This document shows positions 46,869 to 56,707 of a stretch of DNA of 64,000 bases, one piece after another. Position 1 is the stretch's first letter; every line of letters starts with the position of its first letter. The stretch covers positions 8,508 through 72,507 of the forward strand of contig CACZBM010000014.1 in NCBI GenBank assembly GCA_902779445.1, read 5' to 3'. A model generated the notes under the pieces. It ran no database searches. It was not told the DNA's origin and was given only the letters and a program-made list of their open reading frames with translations. Origin of the DNA: an uncultured Lachnospiraceae bacterium. GTDB lineage: Bacteria > Bacillota > Clostridia > Lachnospirales > Lachnospiraceae. Made by a program: the position numbers and the translations under genes.

Positions 46869-49321
46869 CTCTGCTTTCCTCCGTGTCCTTTGTTGATAAA
46901 TACTATTTCTCCGTTCTTTATTTCGGCATTCACAGTGTCACCTGCACTGCACCTGCCTGAAAGAAGCTCCTCCGACAGAGGATCCTCTATCATATTCTGT
47001 ATTGCCCGCTTTAATGGTCTGGCACCGAACTTCTTATCCGATCCCTTTTCGATCACATGGTCTTTAACTCTAGACGTGATCTTAAGGTCGATATCCATGT
47101 TCTTCTTTGCCCTGTCCACGAGATCTTTTGACAGAAGGGTCACTATATCCTTCATATCCTTATCACTGAGCTTCTTAAAGACTATTATATCATCTATACG
47201 GTTGATGAATTCAGGCTTAAATATCTTTTTCACCTCATCCATCACGCCGCTCTTCATATCCTTAAAGAGCTCTTCTTCACTGGAACCGGCCCCGAATCCC
47301 AGCTTCTTCGGTTCCACTATGGACTGTGCTCCGGCGTTACTGGTCATTATGATGACAGCATTCTTGAAGCTCACTCTCCTGCCCTTGGAATCGGTGATAT
47401 GTCCGTCATCCAGAACCTGCAATAAAACGTTGAATACATCGGGGTGGGCCTTTTCTATCTCGTCAAACAGCACTACCGAGAAAGGATGACGCCTTATCTT
47501 CTCCGCAAACTGTCCTCCCTCGTCATGTCCCACATATCCGGGAGGGGAACCTATCATCTTCGCAACAGAATGAGGCTCCATGAATTCGGACATATCCACT
47601 CTTATCATGTCTTTTTCAGAACCGAAAAGAGTCTCTGCCAGAGCCTTGCTGAGCTCGGTCTTTCCCACACCGGTGGGTCCGAGGAACAGGAACGATCCGA
47701 TAGGACGGTTCGGATCCTTAAGTCCTACCCTGCCGCGCCTTACAGCTTTAGCGATCTTCGTCACCGCTTCATCCTGGCCTATAATCCTCTTATGAAGCGT
47801 CTTTTCGAGATTCATAAGCCTTACATTTTCTTTTTCTGTAAGCTTAGTAACAGGGATCTTTGTCCACATATGTACGATCTCTGCCACGTCATTTTCAGTA
47901 AGCACGGGCTTATTTTCAGCTTCCTTCTTTTCCTTCCTCTTCATGAGAGAAGAAAGCTTCTTTTCTATGGCATCCTCTTCTTTCTTTATTTCGGATGCTT
48001 TCTTAAAATCACCGTTACGTATGGCCTCTTCTTTTTCCTTATAGAGTTCCTTTTTCTCTGTAAGGAGCTTTTCTTCTCTGGGTGAAGCTTTTACGCTTTC
48101 CAGCATGAGATGGCTTCCGGCTTCGTCAATAACGTCTATCGCCTTATCCGGCTGGAATCTGTCATTTATATATCTCGTGGTAAGGGAAACTGCAGCTCTT
48201 ACCGTTTCTTCCGGTATTTCTATGCCATGATGTTCCTCATACTTATTCCTGATGCCCATAAGTATGGATACTGTCTCTTCTTCGGTGGGTTCTTCCACAG
48301 TGACCGGAAGGAACCTGCGTTCCAGCGCAGCATCCTTTTCAATGTATTTCCTGTATTCGTCAAGGGTCGTAGCTCCGATAAGCTGTATCTCTCCCCTTGC
48401 CATGGAAGGCTTTAATATATTTGAGGCATCGAGAGTACCCTCTGCACTTCCCGCACCGATAAGGGTATGTATCTCATCCATGAAGATAATGATGTTCCCG
48501 GAGCTTTTAACCTCCGCGATGACTCTCTTTATCCTCTCTTCGAATTCGCCCCTGTATTTACTACCGGCTACCATACCGGACATATCAAGGGATACGACCC
48601 TTTTCTCTTTAAGTGTAAGGGGCACGTCTCCCCTGGCGATCCTTACAGCCAGTCCCTCCGCTATAGCGGTCTTTCCCACACCGGGTTCACCCACAAGGCA
48701 GGGATTATTCTTGGTTCTGCGGCTTAAAATCTGGATAACTCTCATGATCTCATTTTCCCTGCCGATAACGGGATCCAGTCCATCTTCAGCGGCAAGAGCC
48801 GTTAAGTCTCTGGAATACTGGTCCAGCATTGGAGTCGAAGAACCCTTGCTGTTACCTGCTCCCTTTAGATCCTCTCTCATTATCTGGGGATCCACTCCGA
48901 TTGCATCCAGCGTCTCTGCATATATCTTCGGAAGCTGTGCTCCCAGAGTATTTAAGAGACGTACTGCGATATTATCCCCTTCCCTGATAAGGCTTAGAAG
49001 AATGTGCTCGGTTCCCACTTCCGGGTGCTTGAATCTGGCAGCGGTCTCCTCGCTCATCTTAAGGACCTTTTTCGCTCTGGGCGTCATACCGTCACGCTCC
49101 ATAAGAGCCGTGTCCTCACCCGGAGCCACCAGCTGGTCGATAAGCTCCACTATCTGCTTTTCCTGTACCTTATTTGAGTTAAGTACGAAGAAAGCCACGC
49201 CCCCTCCCTCTCTTAAAAGGCCAAGGAGCAGATGCTCAGTACCTATATAATTTACTTTGAGTTCCTTTGATGCTTCTTCCGCAAGCGCAAGAACCCTTTC
49301 AGCTTTTTTAGTATATTTCAT
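46865..49321 (-). CDS. clpC: ATP-dependent Clp protease ATP-binding subunit ClpC
   Basis: Double Clp_N repeat. Two AAA+ modules (GEPGVGKTAIAEGLA and GPTGVGKTELSKALA) with a coiled-coil linker. 818 aa. Confidence 0.9.
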   Translation of the reverse strand: MKYTKKAERVLALAEEASKELKVNYIGTEHLLLGLLREGGGVAFFVLNSNKVQEKQIVELIDQLVAPGEDTALMERDGMTPRAKKVLKMSEETAARFKHPEVGTEHILLSLIREGDNIAVRLLNTLGAQLPKIYAETLDAIGVDPQIMREDLKGAGNSKGSSTPMLDQYSRDLTALAAEDGLDPVIGRENEIMRVIQILSRRTKNNPCLVGEPGVGKTAIAEGLAVRIARGDVPLTLKEKRVVSLDMSGMVAGSKYRGEFEERIKRVIAEVKSSGNIIIFMDEIHTLIGAGSAEGTLDASNILKPSMARGEIQLIGATTLDEYRKYIEKDAALERRFLPVTVEEPTEEETVSILMGIRNKYEEHHGIEIPEETVRAAVSLTTRYINDRFQPDKAIDVIDEAGSHLMLESVKASPREEKLLTEKKELYKEKEEAIRNGDFKKASEIKKEEDAIEKKLSSLMKRKEKKEAENKPVLTENDVAEIVHMWTKIPVTKLTEKENVRLMNLEKTLHKRIIGQDEAVTKIAKAVRRGRVGLKDPNRPIGSFLFLGPTGVGKTELSKALAETLFGSEKDMIRVDMSEFMEPHSVAKMIGSPPGYVGHDEGGQFAEKIRRHPFSVVLFDEIEKAHPDVFNVLLQVLDDGHITDSKGRRVSFKNAVIIMTSNAGAQSIVEPKKLGFGAGSSEEELFKDMKSGVMDEVKKIFKPEFINRIDDIIVFKKLSDKDMKDIVTLLSKDLVDRAKKNMDIDLKITSRVKDHVIEKGSDKKFGARPLKRAIQNMIEDPLSEELLSGRCSAGDTVNAEIKNGEIVFINKGHGGKQR

Positions 49322-49329
49322 GTTTCAGA

Positions 49330-50970
49330 TCACTTCTTGATATTTATAAATTCAAACTCAAAGTCTTCGTCCAGGTCGAAGTCTGCAGCACTCTTTTTCG
49401 GAATAGTCCTCTTTGGAGCAGCATCCATGACTGCCTTGGTCTTCCTCGGATTAAGTCCCGCAGTGATCTCCATATTCTCCCAGTCCACCTCGGTCTCAGC
49501 CCTGTTTCTCTCCACAGGTACCTCAGCCATGGCTCTCTTCTGCGGAAGTTCCTTTCCCTTGGTCACGCTGCGTCTTTTGATGATGGACTCTTTCTTTTCT
49601 TCATACTCATCTTCGTCCTCATCATCCTCGTCATCGTCGTCTTCGTAGTCATCCTCGAATTCATCGTCATCTTCATCCTCTTCCGGTTCTTCATCCAGAA
49701 GATATGCTCTCTCACGTTTTCCAATGCCTTTACGTTCTTTGGCCTTGGCCCTCTGTCTCATGGCCTCTTCCTCGGGGTCTTCCTCATCATCTTCATAATC
49801 ATTGTCTCCCTTTCTGTTCACAAGGGTATTGATGAATATGAATACGAGGATCACCATGATGATAGCCATGATGATTATTATGAAAAGCCTGGTTCTGGAT
49901 AACTTCTTGTATTTTACAAGAGTTGCGGACTCCCCTTTGGGGATGTCCACATATCTCTGATAAGTACCCCTCTCTATGTCATATAGATAAAATCCCAGGT
50001 TTGCACTCTCATCAATAGCATATAAAAGACAGAATTCCTTTGGCTGTGCCTGTATAAGACCGGATGCGTTAGTATGGGCAATGGCATCAAGAGCTATCAT
50101 TGCGTCTTCATCCGCCTTATTCTCTTCGCCACCGTCACCACTGTCTAAGGGATCATCGGTCACACCGCCGGTTACTTCATCATTACCGGCTCCTGCGGAA
50201 ATAGGATCTGCTGCAGCCTCTCCCGCCGTAAGTCCCAGTTCATCGGCATATACCTTTTGAACGAAGAGAGAAGCCACCTTGTCGACTTCCGACGCTTCCG
50301 TGGAACTCTTATCATCTTCTTCCACCGTTTCTTCAGGTAATGACCAGGCCACAGCTGTCTTACTTCCCCACTGGAGTTTATGCTGGGTAAATCCGGGAGG
50401 TCCCACCACATTGTCGCCGGGATCCAGCACGATGATATATTTGTCATCGGCACCGTTTATCATGATCATATCTGACATTCTGGCATTCTCTGTGGTGTCA
50501 CAGATATAGAATTCCCCGTTATTTCCGCTTTCATCGGTAAGATAGGCAAGTGTCACCGTAAGGCCGGGAGCACCAAGGGTGGCGCTCTTACTGGTCATCT
50601 GCGCCAGCATGACTTTTTCTCCCTGATAGTCCACGGTAAATGCCGAAAATCCTTCGGGAACAGAGCTTGCCGGGAATGCAAGAGCAAGATATTTTCCGTC
50701 AATATTGGTCTCGATAGAGCTGGGTTTAACCACTTCAAGAGCAGCCTGCATCTCTTCAGGCGACATCTCTCCCTCGCCTTCGGCTCCCTCTTCTCCTTCA
50801 GTTTCCCCGCCTTCCTCTGCGTTTTCTCCTGCAGCTTCTTCACCTTCTCCGGCTTCTCCGGCTTCCTCGGCAAATGCTGTTCCTGCAGGCACACAGGTCA
50901 TAATCACGGTTGAGGCAAGTAACATCACTATGAACCTCTTCCACATCTCCTTTAATCTCATTTTTAGCAT
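49330..50970 (-). CDS. single-pass membrane protein with a secreted N-terminal domain and poly-acidic cytoplasmic tail
   Basis: Signal peptide ...TCVPAGTAFA. Gly/Glu-rich segment. TM segment LFIIIIMAIIMVILVFIFINTLV. Tail EPEEDEDDDEFEDDYEDDDDEDDEDEDEYEE. Confidence 0.6.
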   Translation of the reverse strand: MLKMRLKEMWKRFIVMLLASTVIMTCVPAGTAFAEEAGEAGEGEEAAGENAEEGGETEGEEGAEGEGEMSPEEMQAALEVVKPSSIETNIDGKYLALAFPASSVPEGFSAFTVDYQGEKVMLAQMTSKSATLGAPGLTVTLAYLTDESGNNGEFYICDTTENARMSDMIMINGADDKYIIVLDPGDNVVGPPGFTQHKLQWGSKTAVAWSLPEETVEEDDKSSTEASEVDKVASLFVQKVYADELGLTAGEAAADPISAGAGNDEVTGGVTDDPLDSGDGGEENKADEDAMIALDAIAHTNASGLIQAQPKEFCLLYAIDESANLGFYLYDIERGTYQRYVDIPKGESATLVKYKKLSRTRLFIIIIMAIIMVILVFIFINTLVNRKGDNDYEDDEEDPEEEAMRQRAKAKERKGIGKRERAYLLDEEPEEDEDDDEFEDDYEDDDDEDDEDEDEYEEKKESIIKRRSVTKGKELPQKRAMAEVPVERNRAETEVDWENMEITAGLNPRKTKAVMDAAPKRTIPKKSAADFDLDEDFEFEFINIKK

Positions 50971-50983
50971 CCTTTCATATTTT

Positions 50984-51168
50984 AGAGATTCTTCGCTTCG
51001 CTCAGAATGACATCAAATATTATCATTCTGAGGACTTTAGCCCGATAATTGTCATTCTGAGGGCTTTAGCCCGATAATTATCATTCTGAGGGCTTCAGCC
51101 CGATAATTGTCATTCTGAGGGCTTTAGCCCGATAATTGTCATTCTGAGGGCTTTAGCCCGAAGAATCT
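50984..51168. repeat. palindromic repeat family 1 cluster: one inverted arm plus 5 tandem 29-bp forward arms
   Basis: agagattcttcgcttcgctcagaatgac (50984-51011). Units start at 51023, 51052, 51081, 51110 and 51139 (tcattctgagggctttagcccgataattg). The last unit ends ...cccgaagaatc. Confidence 0.85.
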
Positions 51169-51191
51169 ATTTAATAATGTGTTCTACACAC

Positions 51192-52733
51192 TCAGTTGAT
51201 CGAACTTGGCGTTTCCGGCATATCTTTGTATACGGGTATCAAAAATACCCCTGCTGAGTCTGCTCCATCGGATTTAAACCCTTCAGCCACATGCTTTGCT
51301 TCATTATGGGGAGCATACAGGCTCGTCATATACTGATGATAGTAGCTTCCGTTTTTGAAGAAGAATCTCTGCTTATATAATGTATCCTGGGTGTGTAAAG
51401 AGCTGAAGAAATAATTGGCGGCAAGGTAGTCTATACCTCCCTCAATGGATTTAACCCTGGTATTCCACCCCTGATCCTTGGCATACTGTAATCCGTTCCT
51501 CACCACGTCATTTCCGTTAGCCTGGATATTAAAATAATTATAATATCCCTCATATCCGCTCTCGGTACCGTTTATCAGTCTGTCTCCTGTGGCACTTCCG
51601 TGTTCCTGTCTCATCCTTGCTGCAATAAGATACGGGTTTATGCCTTTTGACGTAGACTTATTGAATACCGTTGCGGAATATGTGGTATTTTCATTCGGGA
51701 TAGTTCCCTTCATGGAAGTGGTTGAAAGGATCGCTGCCACTCCTGATTCCTTTGTACCCTTGGTGTCCGTTCCGGAAAGGAACATGTAGAACGAATTATT
51801 AAGCCCTCCGCTGCTGTTCACCATAAAATTTCTGGGATCCATGTAATAGGCCACATAGTTTCTGGGAGCCTGGCTCCAGAATATCGAACCCTCATAAAGC
51901 CCCTGGATCGCAATAATGTGGTTACCCTGTATGGGGCCGTTAAGCAGCGTCTCAAATCCTGTTAATACCGAACCCGATCTCACGCTGTCAAGACCTGTGA
52001 CTGATCCCGCAGTACATGAAGAAGTCCCCATAACACTTATAGGAGTCTCTGCATCCACACAGGCCTGGAATGTCATACCCGGAGCCGGATCATAAGGCTT
52101 AAAGCTCCATCCGGGATACAGGGAATGAATGGTGCATAAAGGAGTGATATAGCTTTCGGGGAATCCGAGGGAACGAAGTTCATCCGCGAAATCGTCCAGA
52201 TCCAGATAGTCATACCTGATATACCCTTCTCCCACATTATCCACCGGGTTAAAGCTCACGTTAAACCAGTAGTACCCGCTGTCCTCATCATAGACTACGC
52301 TATTTATCTTACAGACAGTTCCTGCCGGTACCACGCACAGGGTATTCCCCTTATTACCCGGATTCTCCTTTATCTTTACACCATCATAAGCCACGGAATA
52401 GGAGTTTCCTATCTTTAATTCCGTAGCTGCAACACCGTTTTTATTTACAAAGTCAGATCTTAAAAATCCGCTGAAAGACGGTTCCGTACACGATACCTTA
52501 TACCATGTGAGCCCGTCTTTTCCCTGACTCTCGCTCTCGATCTTCACCCTGATACCGGAATTCAGCCTTTTCGTGATCTTTCCGTTTACCGCTTTCTCAC
52601 GGAGCTGTATGCCTGTTCCGGATGTCACTCCGGTATTGTCATCCTTTGCATCGTCATCTGCAAAAGCCGTCCCCGGTGTGATCACCAATATCAGTATTAA
52701 TAATAATGCAAATAATGCTCTCTTACTTTTCAT
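51192..52733 (-). CDS. secreted cell-wall hydrolase: SH3b-like N-terminal repeats plus GH73-like (N-acetylglucosaminidase) C-terminal domain
   Basis: Start moved to MKSKRALFALLLILILVITPGTAFA. The segment LIAARMRQEHGS...GYYNYFNIQA resembles the GH73/LytD glucosaminidase core (recollection). Confidence 0.6.
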   Translation of the reverse strand: MKSKRALFALLLILILVITPGTAFADDDAKDDNTGVTSGTGIQLREKAVNGKITKRLNSGIRVKIESESQGKDGLTWYKVSCTEPSFSGFLRSDFVNKNGVAATELKIGNSYSVAYDGVKIKENPGNKGNTLCVVPAGTVCKINSVVYDEDSGYYWFNVSFNPVDNVGEGYIRYDYLDLDDFADELRSLGFPESYITPLCTIHSLYPGWSFKPYDPAPGMTFQACVDAETPISVMGTSSCTAGSVTGLDSVRSGSVLTGFETLLNGPIQGNHIIAIQGLYEGSIFWSQAPRNYVAYYMDPRNFMVNSSGGLNNSFYMFLSGTDTKGTKESGVAAILSTTSMKGTIPNENTTYSATVFNKSTSKGINPYLIAARMRQEHGSATGDRLINGTESGYEGYYNYFNIQANGNDVVRNGLQYAKDQGWNTRVKSIEGGIDYLAANYFFSSLHTQDTLYKQRFFFKNGSYYHQYMTSLYAPHNEAKHVAEGFKSDGADSAGVFLIPVYKDMPETPSSIN

Positions 52734-53205
52734 GATTTCCCAAAAAACGTTTTTTACCTGACTCGCCAATGACGTAGTCAGCAACAACTCCGTGAACCTC
52801 ACGTTTCTTTTCTTCCATTGCCTCCTGCTCTTTCTTTCTCCTGGCTGCTGCTACTGCAAGTTTGGAGCAGGCCTCGCAGTATATCCCGGAAGTAATGGGT
52901 TTACCACAGGCTTCGCACTGTATAAAGGTTCTGGAATCATCCCTGATCTCCAGTTTTTCCTCCCGGAGCATGTGTTTGATCTCTCTTTCGTTAACTCCTG
53001 TTGCACGCGCCACCATTCCGGCTGTAGCTCCGGGGTTGACCTCCAGATAATTTCTTACAACTCCGTAGTCATCATACATAAGGTAGCCGCACAGTTCACA
53101 CTCGTATTCTCCGATCCCCTTATATTTTATGGGTCCTTTGCATTTTTCGCATCTCTCCGGAGGGTTATATTCTGATTTCAGTAATAGCCTTTCACGAGTT
53201 GTCAT
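52723..53205 (-). CDS. double zinc-ribbon protein with a central HTH-like segment (YvyF/TIGR03826-like architecture)
   Basis: CEKCKG...CELCG and CEACGK...CEACS flank GATAGMVARATGVNEREIKHMLRE. ATGA overlap with the purD stop. Confidence 0.55.
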   Translation of the reverse strand: MTTRERLLLKSEYNPPERCEKCKGPIKYKGIGEYECELCGYLMYDDYGVVRNYLEVNPGATAGMVARATGVNEREIKHMLREEKLEIRDDSRTFIQCEACGKPITSGIYCEACSKLAVAAARRKKEQEAMEEKKREVHGVVADYVIGESGKKRFLGNHEK

Positions 53206-54473
53206 GTCTCATCTATTGCCTTTCCAATGTCTCTCCTGCAGTACTTATTTTCAAAATCAACCCAGGTGACAGCTTCATAGGCATTGGACCTCGCTCTGTG
53301 AAGATCACTTCCCGTAGCTGTGATACCGAGGACTCTTCCTCCTGCTGTGACTATACCCTTTGAGGATCTCTTTGTCCCTGCATGGAAGCAGTAATAGCCC
53401 TCTTTATCATTAAATTTCTCAAGTCCGGATATCGCATGTCCCTTTGTGTATTTTACGGGATATCCATCCGATGCCAGGACTACGCAGACTGCTGCATTGT
53501 CTTCGAACTCCAGCTTTATCTTTCCGAGTTTCCCGTCGATACATGCTTCCATCACGTCTATGATGTCATTTTTCATCCTGGGAAGCACTACCTGGGCTTC
53601 TGGATCACCGAATCTCGCATTGTATTCCAGCACCTTCGGACCGTCCTCTGTCAGCATGAGACCGAAGAAGATAACACCCTTAAACGGCCTGCCTTCTGCT
53701 TTCATGGCATCCACTGTAGGCTGGAAGATATTCTTTTTACAATAATCGTTTATCTTCTTTGTATAAAAAGGTGAGGGTGAAAAAGTACCCATCCCGCCGG
53801 TATTAAGTCCGGTATCATTATCTCCTGCCCTCTTATGGTCCTGTGCGGAGGACATGATCTTTATGGTCTTTCCGTCACAGAAAGTGAGGACTGATACTTC
53901 ACGGCCCGTCATGAATTCCTCTATGACGATCTTATTTCCGGCGGTTCCGAACTTTTTGTCAAGCATTATCTCCTTGACACCGTTCCTGGCTTCCTTAAGG
54001 GTCTCACAGATCAGGACTCCCTTTCCGAGGGCCAGTCCGTCAGCCTTTAATACGATGGGGAACTTCGCACTGTCAAGATAAGACAGAGCTTTTGCCGCAT
54101 CTGTAAATACCTCATACCCGGCTGTAGGGATCTTGTACTTCTTCATAAGATCCTTGCTGAAAGCCTTTGATCCCTCCAGTATTGCCGCATTTTTCCTGGG
54201 ACCGAAAGCCCTGATGCCTGCTTCTTCAAAAGCATCCACAAGTCCTCCAACCAGAGGGTCATCCGGCCCTACTATCGCCAGATCTATCTCCTTCTTCTTT
54301 GCAAACTTCACAAGGCGGTCAAATTCCATGACCTTGATGTCCGCGCATTCAGCTATCTCTTCTATACCAGCATTTCCCGGTGCACAATATATCTTATCCG
54401 CTTTAGGGCTTTTTTTAACAGCCCGGGCTATAGCATGTTCTCTGCCGCCGCCTCCAACGATAAGTATATTCAT
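53202..54473 (-). CDS. purD: phosphoribosylamine--glycine ligase
   Basis: [16 protein letters not shown], an ATP-grasp core, and 423 aa. Confidence 0.95.
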   Translation of the reverse strand: MNILIVGGGGREHAIARAVKKSPKADKIYCAPGNAGIEEIAECADIKVMEFDRLVKFAKKKEIDLAIVGPDDPLVGGLVDAFEEAGIRAFGPRKNAAILEGSKAFSKDLMKKYKIPTAGYEVFTDAAKALSYLDSAKFPIVLKADGLALGKGVLICETLKEARNGVKEIMLDKKFGTAGNKIVIEEFMTGREVSVLTFCDGKTIKIMSSAQDHKRAGDNDTGLNTGGMGTFSPSPFYTKKINDYCKKNIFQPTVDAMKAEGRPFKGVIFFGLMLTEDGPKVLEYNARFGDPEAQVVLPRMKNDIIDVMEACIDGKLGKIKLEFEDNAAVCVVLASDGYPVKYTKGHAISGLEKFNDKEGYYCFHAGTKRSSKGIVTAGGRVLGITATGSDLHRARSNAYEAVTWVDFENKYCRRDIGKAIDET

Positions 54474-55108
54474 TTCTCCTCCGCCTTTCCTATCAGTACT
54501 TTTCCGTTATCCACCCTCACTCTGCCTCCTGCAATAAGGTTGATGGCTTCAGGAAGTATTTTCCATTCAGCTTCTTCCATTACCCTGTGCTGCAGGATCT
54601 CCGGAGTATCTCCCGGCAGGACGTTCACTGCCTTCTGCAGTATTATGGGACCGCTGTCGCAGCCCTCATCCACAAAGTGAACTGTGGCTCCGGTTATCCT
54701 TACGCCCCTCCTAAGTGCTTCCTCATGTACCTTCAGTCCGTAAAACCCCACTCCACAGAATGACGGAATGAGGGACGGATGGATATTGATTATCCGGTTC
54801 TCGTATTTCCTTACGAGTTCCGGAGGAAGTACCGTTAAAAATCCTGCCAGTACTATAAGATCGGTACCCGGCTCATCTATTGCGCTGATAAGCGCCCTGT
54901 TAAAATCCTCTGTCAGATCAAAGGATCTTTTTGATATCACTCTGGTCTCTATCCCGGCATTATGAGCCCGGTCCAGCGCTTTCACGTTATCCTTGCTGCT
55001 GATGACCCTGACGATCCCTGCATTCTGTATCCGCCCGTCATTCACGGCATCTATAATGGCCTGCAGGTTCGTACCGCCGCCGCTTACAAGGACTGTGAGC
55101 TTCAGCAT
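54470..55108 (-). CDS. purN: phosphoribosylglycinamide formyltransferase
   Basis: [22 protein letters not shown] and [14 protein letters not shown]. Confidence 0.9.
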   Translation of the reverse strand: MLKLTVLVSGGGTNLQAIIDAVNDGRIQNAGIVRVISSKDNVKALDRAHNAGIETRVISKRSFDLTEDFNRALISAIDEPGTDLIVLAGFLTVLPPELVRKYENRIINIHPSLIPSFCGVGFYGLKVHEEALRRGVRITGATVHFVDEGCDSGPIILQKAVNVLPGDTPEILQHRVMEEAEWKILPEAINLIAGGRVRVDNGKVLIGKAEEK

Positions 55109-56139
55109 AGTCTTACTCCCTTTGCCTCGCCCTCTTCTGTCTCTCCGACGATGTATGCCTTTTCTCCGGCATCCTCTATGGCCTTAACGGTTCTGTCAGC
55201 ATCTGCGCTGTCAACAGCCAGCACCATTCCGAGTCCCATATTGTAAGTATTATACATCATCTGCTCTTCTATACCGCCATCTGTTGCCAGCATAGCGAAT
55301 ACGGGCGGGATCGGATATGAATCCTTCTTTACCGCTGCCACTGTTTTCTCAGGCAGCATCCTGGGGATATTCTCATAGAATCCTCCGCCTGTGATATGGC
55401 TGCATCCTTTGATGTTCACTCCCGCATCCTTTACCGAGCGGATAGCTTTTACATATATCTTAGTAGGCTGGATAAGCGCTTCTCCAAGGGATGACCCCAG
55501 AGATTCAAAGTATCTGTTAAGACTTTTTTCATTCATGGGGAATACCTTGCGCACAAGTGAAAATCCGTTTGAATGAACCCCGCTTGAAGCTATTCCTATA
55601 AGGACGTCCCCGCTTTTGATGGCAGAGCCGTCTATCATGTTTTCCTTATCAACGATCCCCACTGCGAACCCTGCAAGATCGTACTCATCCTCCGGGTAAA
55701 ATCCCGGCATCTCGGCAGTCTCTCCGCCGATCAGGGCAGCCCCGCTCATCTTACAGCCTTCAGCCACTCCCTTTACTATGGTCGCGATCTTTTCAGGATA
55801 ATTCTTTCCGCATGCAATATAGTCCAAAAAGAAGAGGGGCTCGCCGCAGGCACAGGCAATGTCATTTACACACATGGCCACACAGTCTATCCCCACTGTG
55901 TCATGTTTATCCAGTATAAATGCGAGTTTCAGCTTTGTACCCACTCCGTCTGTTCCGGAAACCAGCGTGGGCTCCTTCATTCCCATGAAATTCTTTATGG
56001 AGAATGCTCCGGAGAATCCTCCGAGACCACCCAGTACTTCGGGTCTCATCGTCTCTTTCACATACTTTTTCATCAATTCTACAGACCGGTACCCCGCCTC
56101 AATATCTACTCCGGCTTGTTTATAGTCTGTCATTTTCAA
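55102..56139 (-). CDS. purM: phosphoribosylformylglycinamidine cyclo-ligase
   Basis: [21 protein letters not shown] and [10 protein letters not shown]. Confidence 0.95.
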   Translation of the reverse strand: MKMTDYKQAGVDIEAGYRSVELMKKYVKETMRPEVLGGLGGFSGAFSIKNFMGMKEPTLVSGTDGVGTKLKLAFILDKHDTVGIDCVAMCVNDIACACGEPLFFLDYIACGKNYPEKIATIVKGVAEGCKMSGAALIGGETAEMPGFYPEDEYDLAGFAVGIVDKENMIDGSAIKSGDVLIGIASSGVHSNGFSLVRKVFPMNEKSLNRYFESLGSSLGEALIQPTKIYVKAIRSVKDAGVNIKGCSHITGGGFYENIPRMLPEKTVAAVKKDSYPIPPVFAMLATDGGIEEQMMYNTYNMGLGMVLAVDSADADRTVKAIEDAGEKAYIVGETEEGEAKGVRLC

Positions 56140-56636
56140 TAATCCTTTCTTCCGGCCTTTTTCAGCCTCTCGTCTTTTGCGATGACTTCATTCTTCATCT
56201 TCTCTGAATAATCTTTAAGCTTATTTAGAAGCCCGTCATCATTTACCGCCAGGATCCTGGCCGCTAAAAGCGCGGCATTTTTCGCTCCGTCAATAGCAAC
56301 TGTGGCTACCGGTATTCCCGGAGGCATCTGCAGAATGGAATAGAGTGCGTCATTTCCGTTAAGGCTCTTACTGTACATAGGTATGCCTATTACTGGAAGG
56401 GGAAATATAGCAGCGCACATTCCGGGAAGATGGGCTGCCATCCCGGCTCCGGCTATTATCACCTTTATACCGTTTTTCTCTGCATTTGCCGCCCATTCAA
56501 AAAATATATCCGGTTCCCTGTGAGCTGATATGATATTCATTTCATAATCGATATTGAGCTCATCGAGGACATCTGCTGCTTTATTCATTACCGGAAGATC
56601 CGAATCGGACCCCATAACTATTCCTACTTTTGCCAT
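56136..56636 (-). CDS. purE: 5-(carboxyamino)imidazole ribonucleotide mutase / AIR carboxylase PurE
   Basis: [21 protein letters not shown] and [10 protein letters not shown]. 166 aa. Confidence 0.95.
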   Translation of the reverse strand: MAKVGIVMGSDSDLPVMNKAADVLDELNIDYEMNIISAHREPDIFFEWAANAEKNGIKVIIAGAGMAAHLPGMCAAIFPLPVIGIPMYSKSLNGNDALYSILQMPPGIPVATVAIDGAKNAALLAARILAVNDDGLLNKLKDYSEKMKNEVIAKDERLKKAGRKDY

Positions 56637-56667
56637 CGCTCCTCCTAATTACCGCATACGTATCATA

Positions 56668-56696
56668 AGTATAAAGATTCACATTATATAAGTCAA
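56668..56696 (-). promoter_or_regulatory. candidate purE-operon promoter (TTGACT-17-TATACT)
   Basis: On the minus strand, TTGACT (56696-56691), a 17-nt spacer, then TATACT (56673-56668). AGGAGG SD before the ATG at 56636. Confidence 0.45.
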
Positions 56697-56707
56697 TCTA
56701 AACGATC

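Noticed and set aside
51023-51167. The 29-bp repeat length and 5 regular copies suggested a CRISPR array.
   Set aside because: The units are directly abutting with no spacers. They are variants of the window-wide palindromic repeat arm, and no cas genes or leader are present. It is a tandem repeat, not a CRISPR array.
56637-56707. An expected purine riboswitch or other leader upstream of purE, and similarly upstream of purL.
   Set aside because: The purE upstream gap is only 71 nt and is filled by a promoter and SD. purL is preceded by a coding gene 10 nt away. There is no room for a riboswitch aptamer and no recognisable one.
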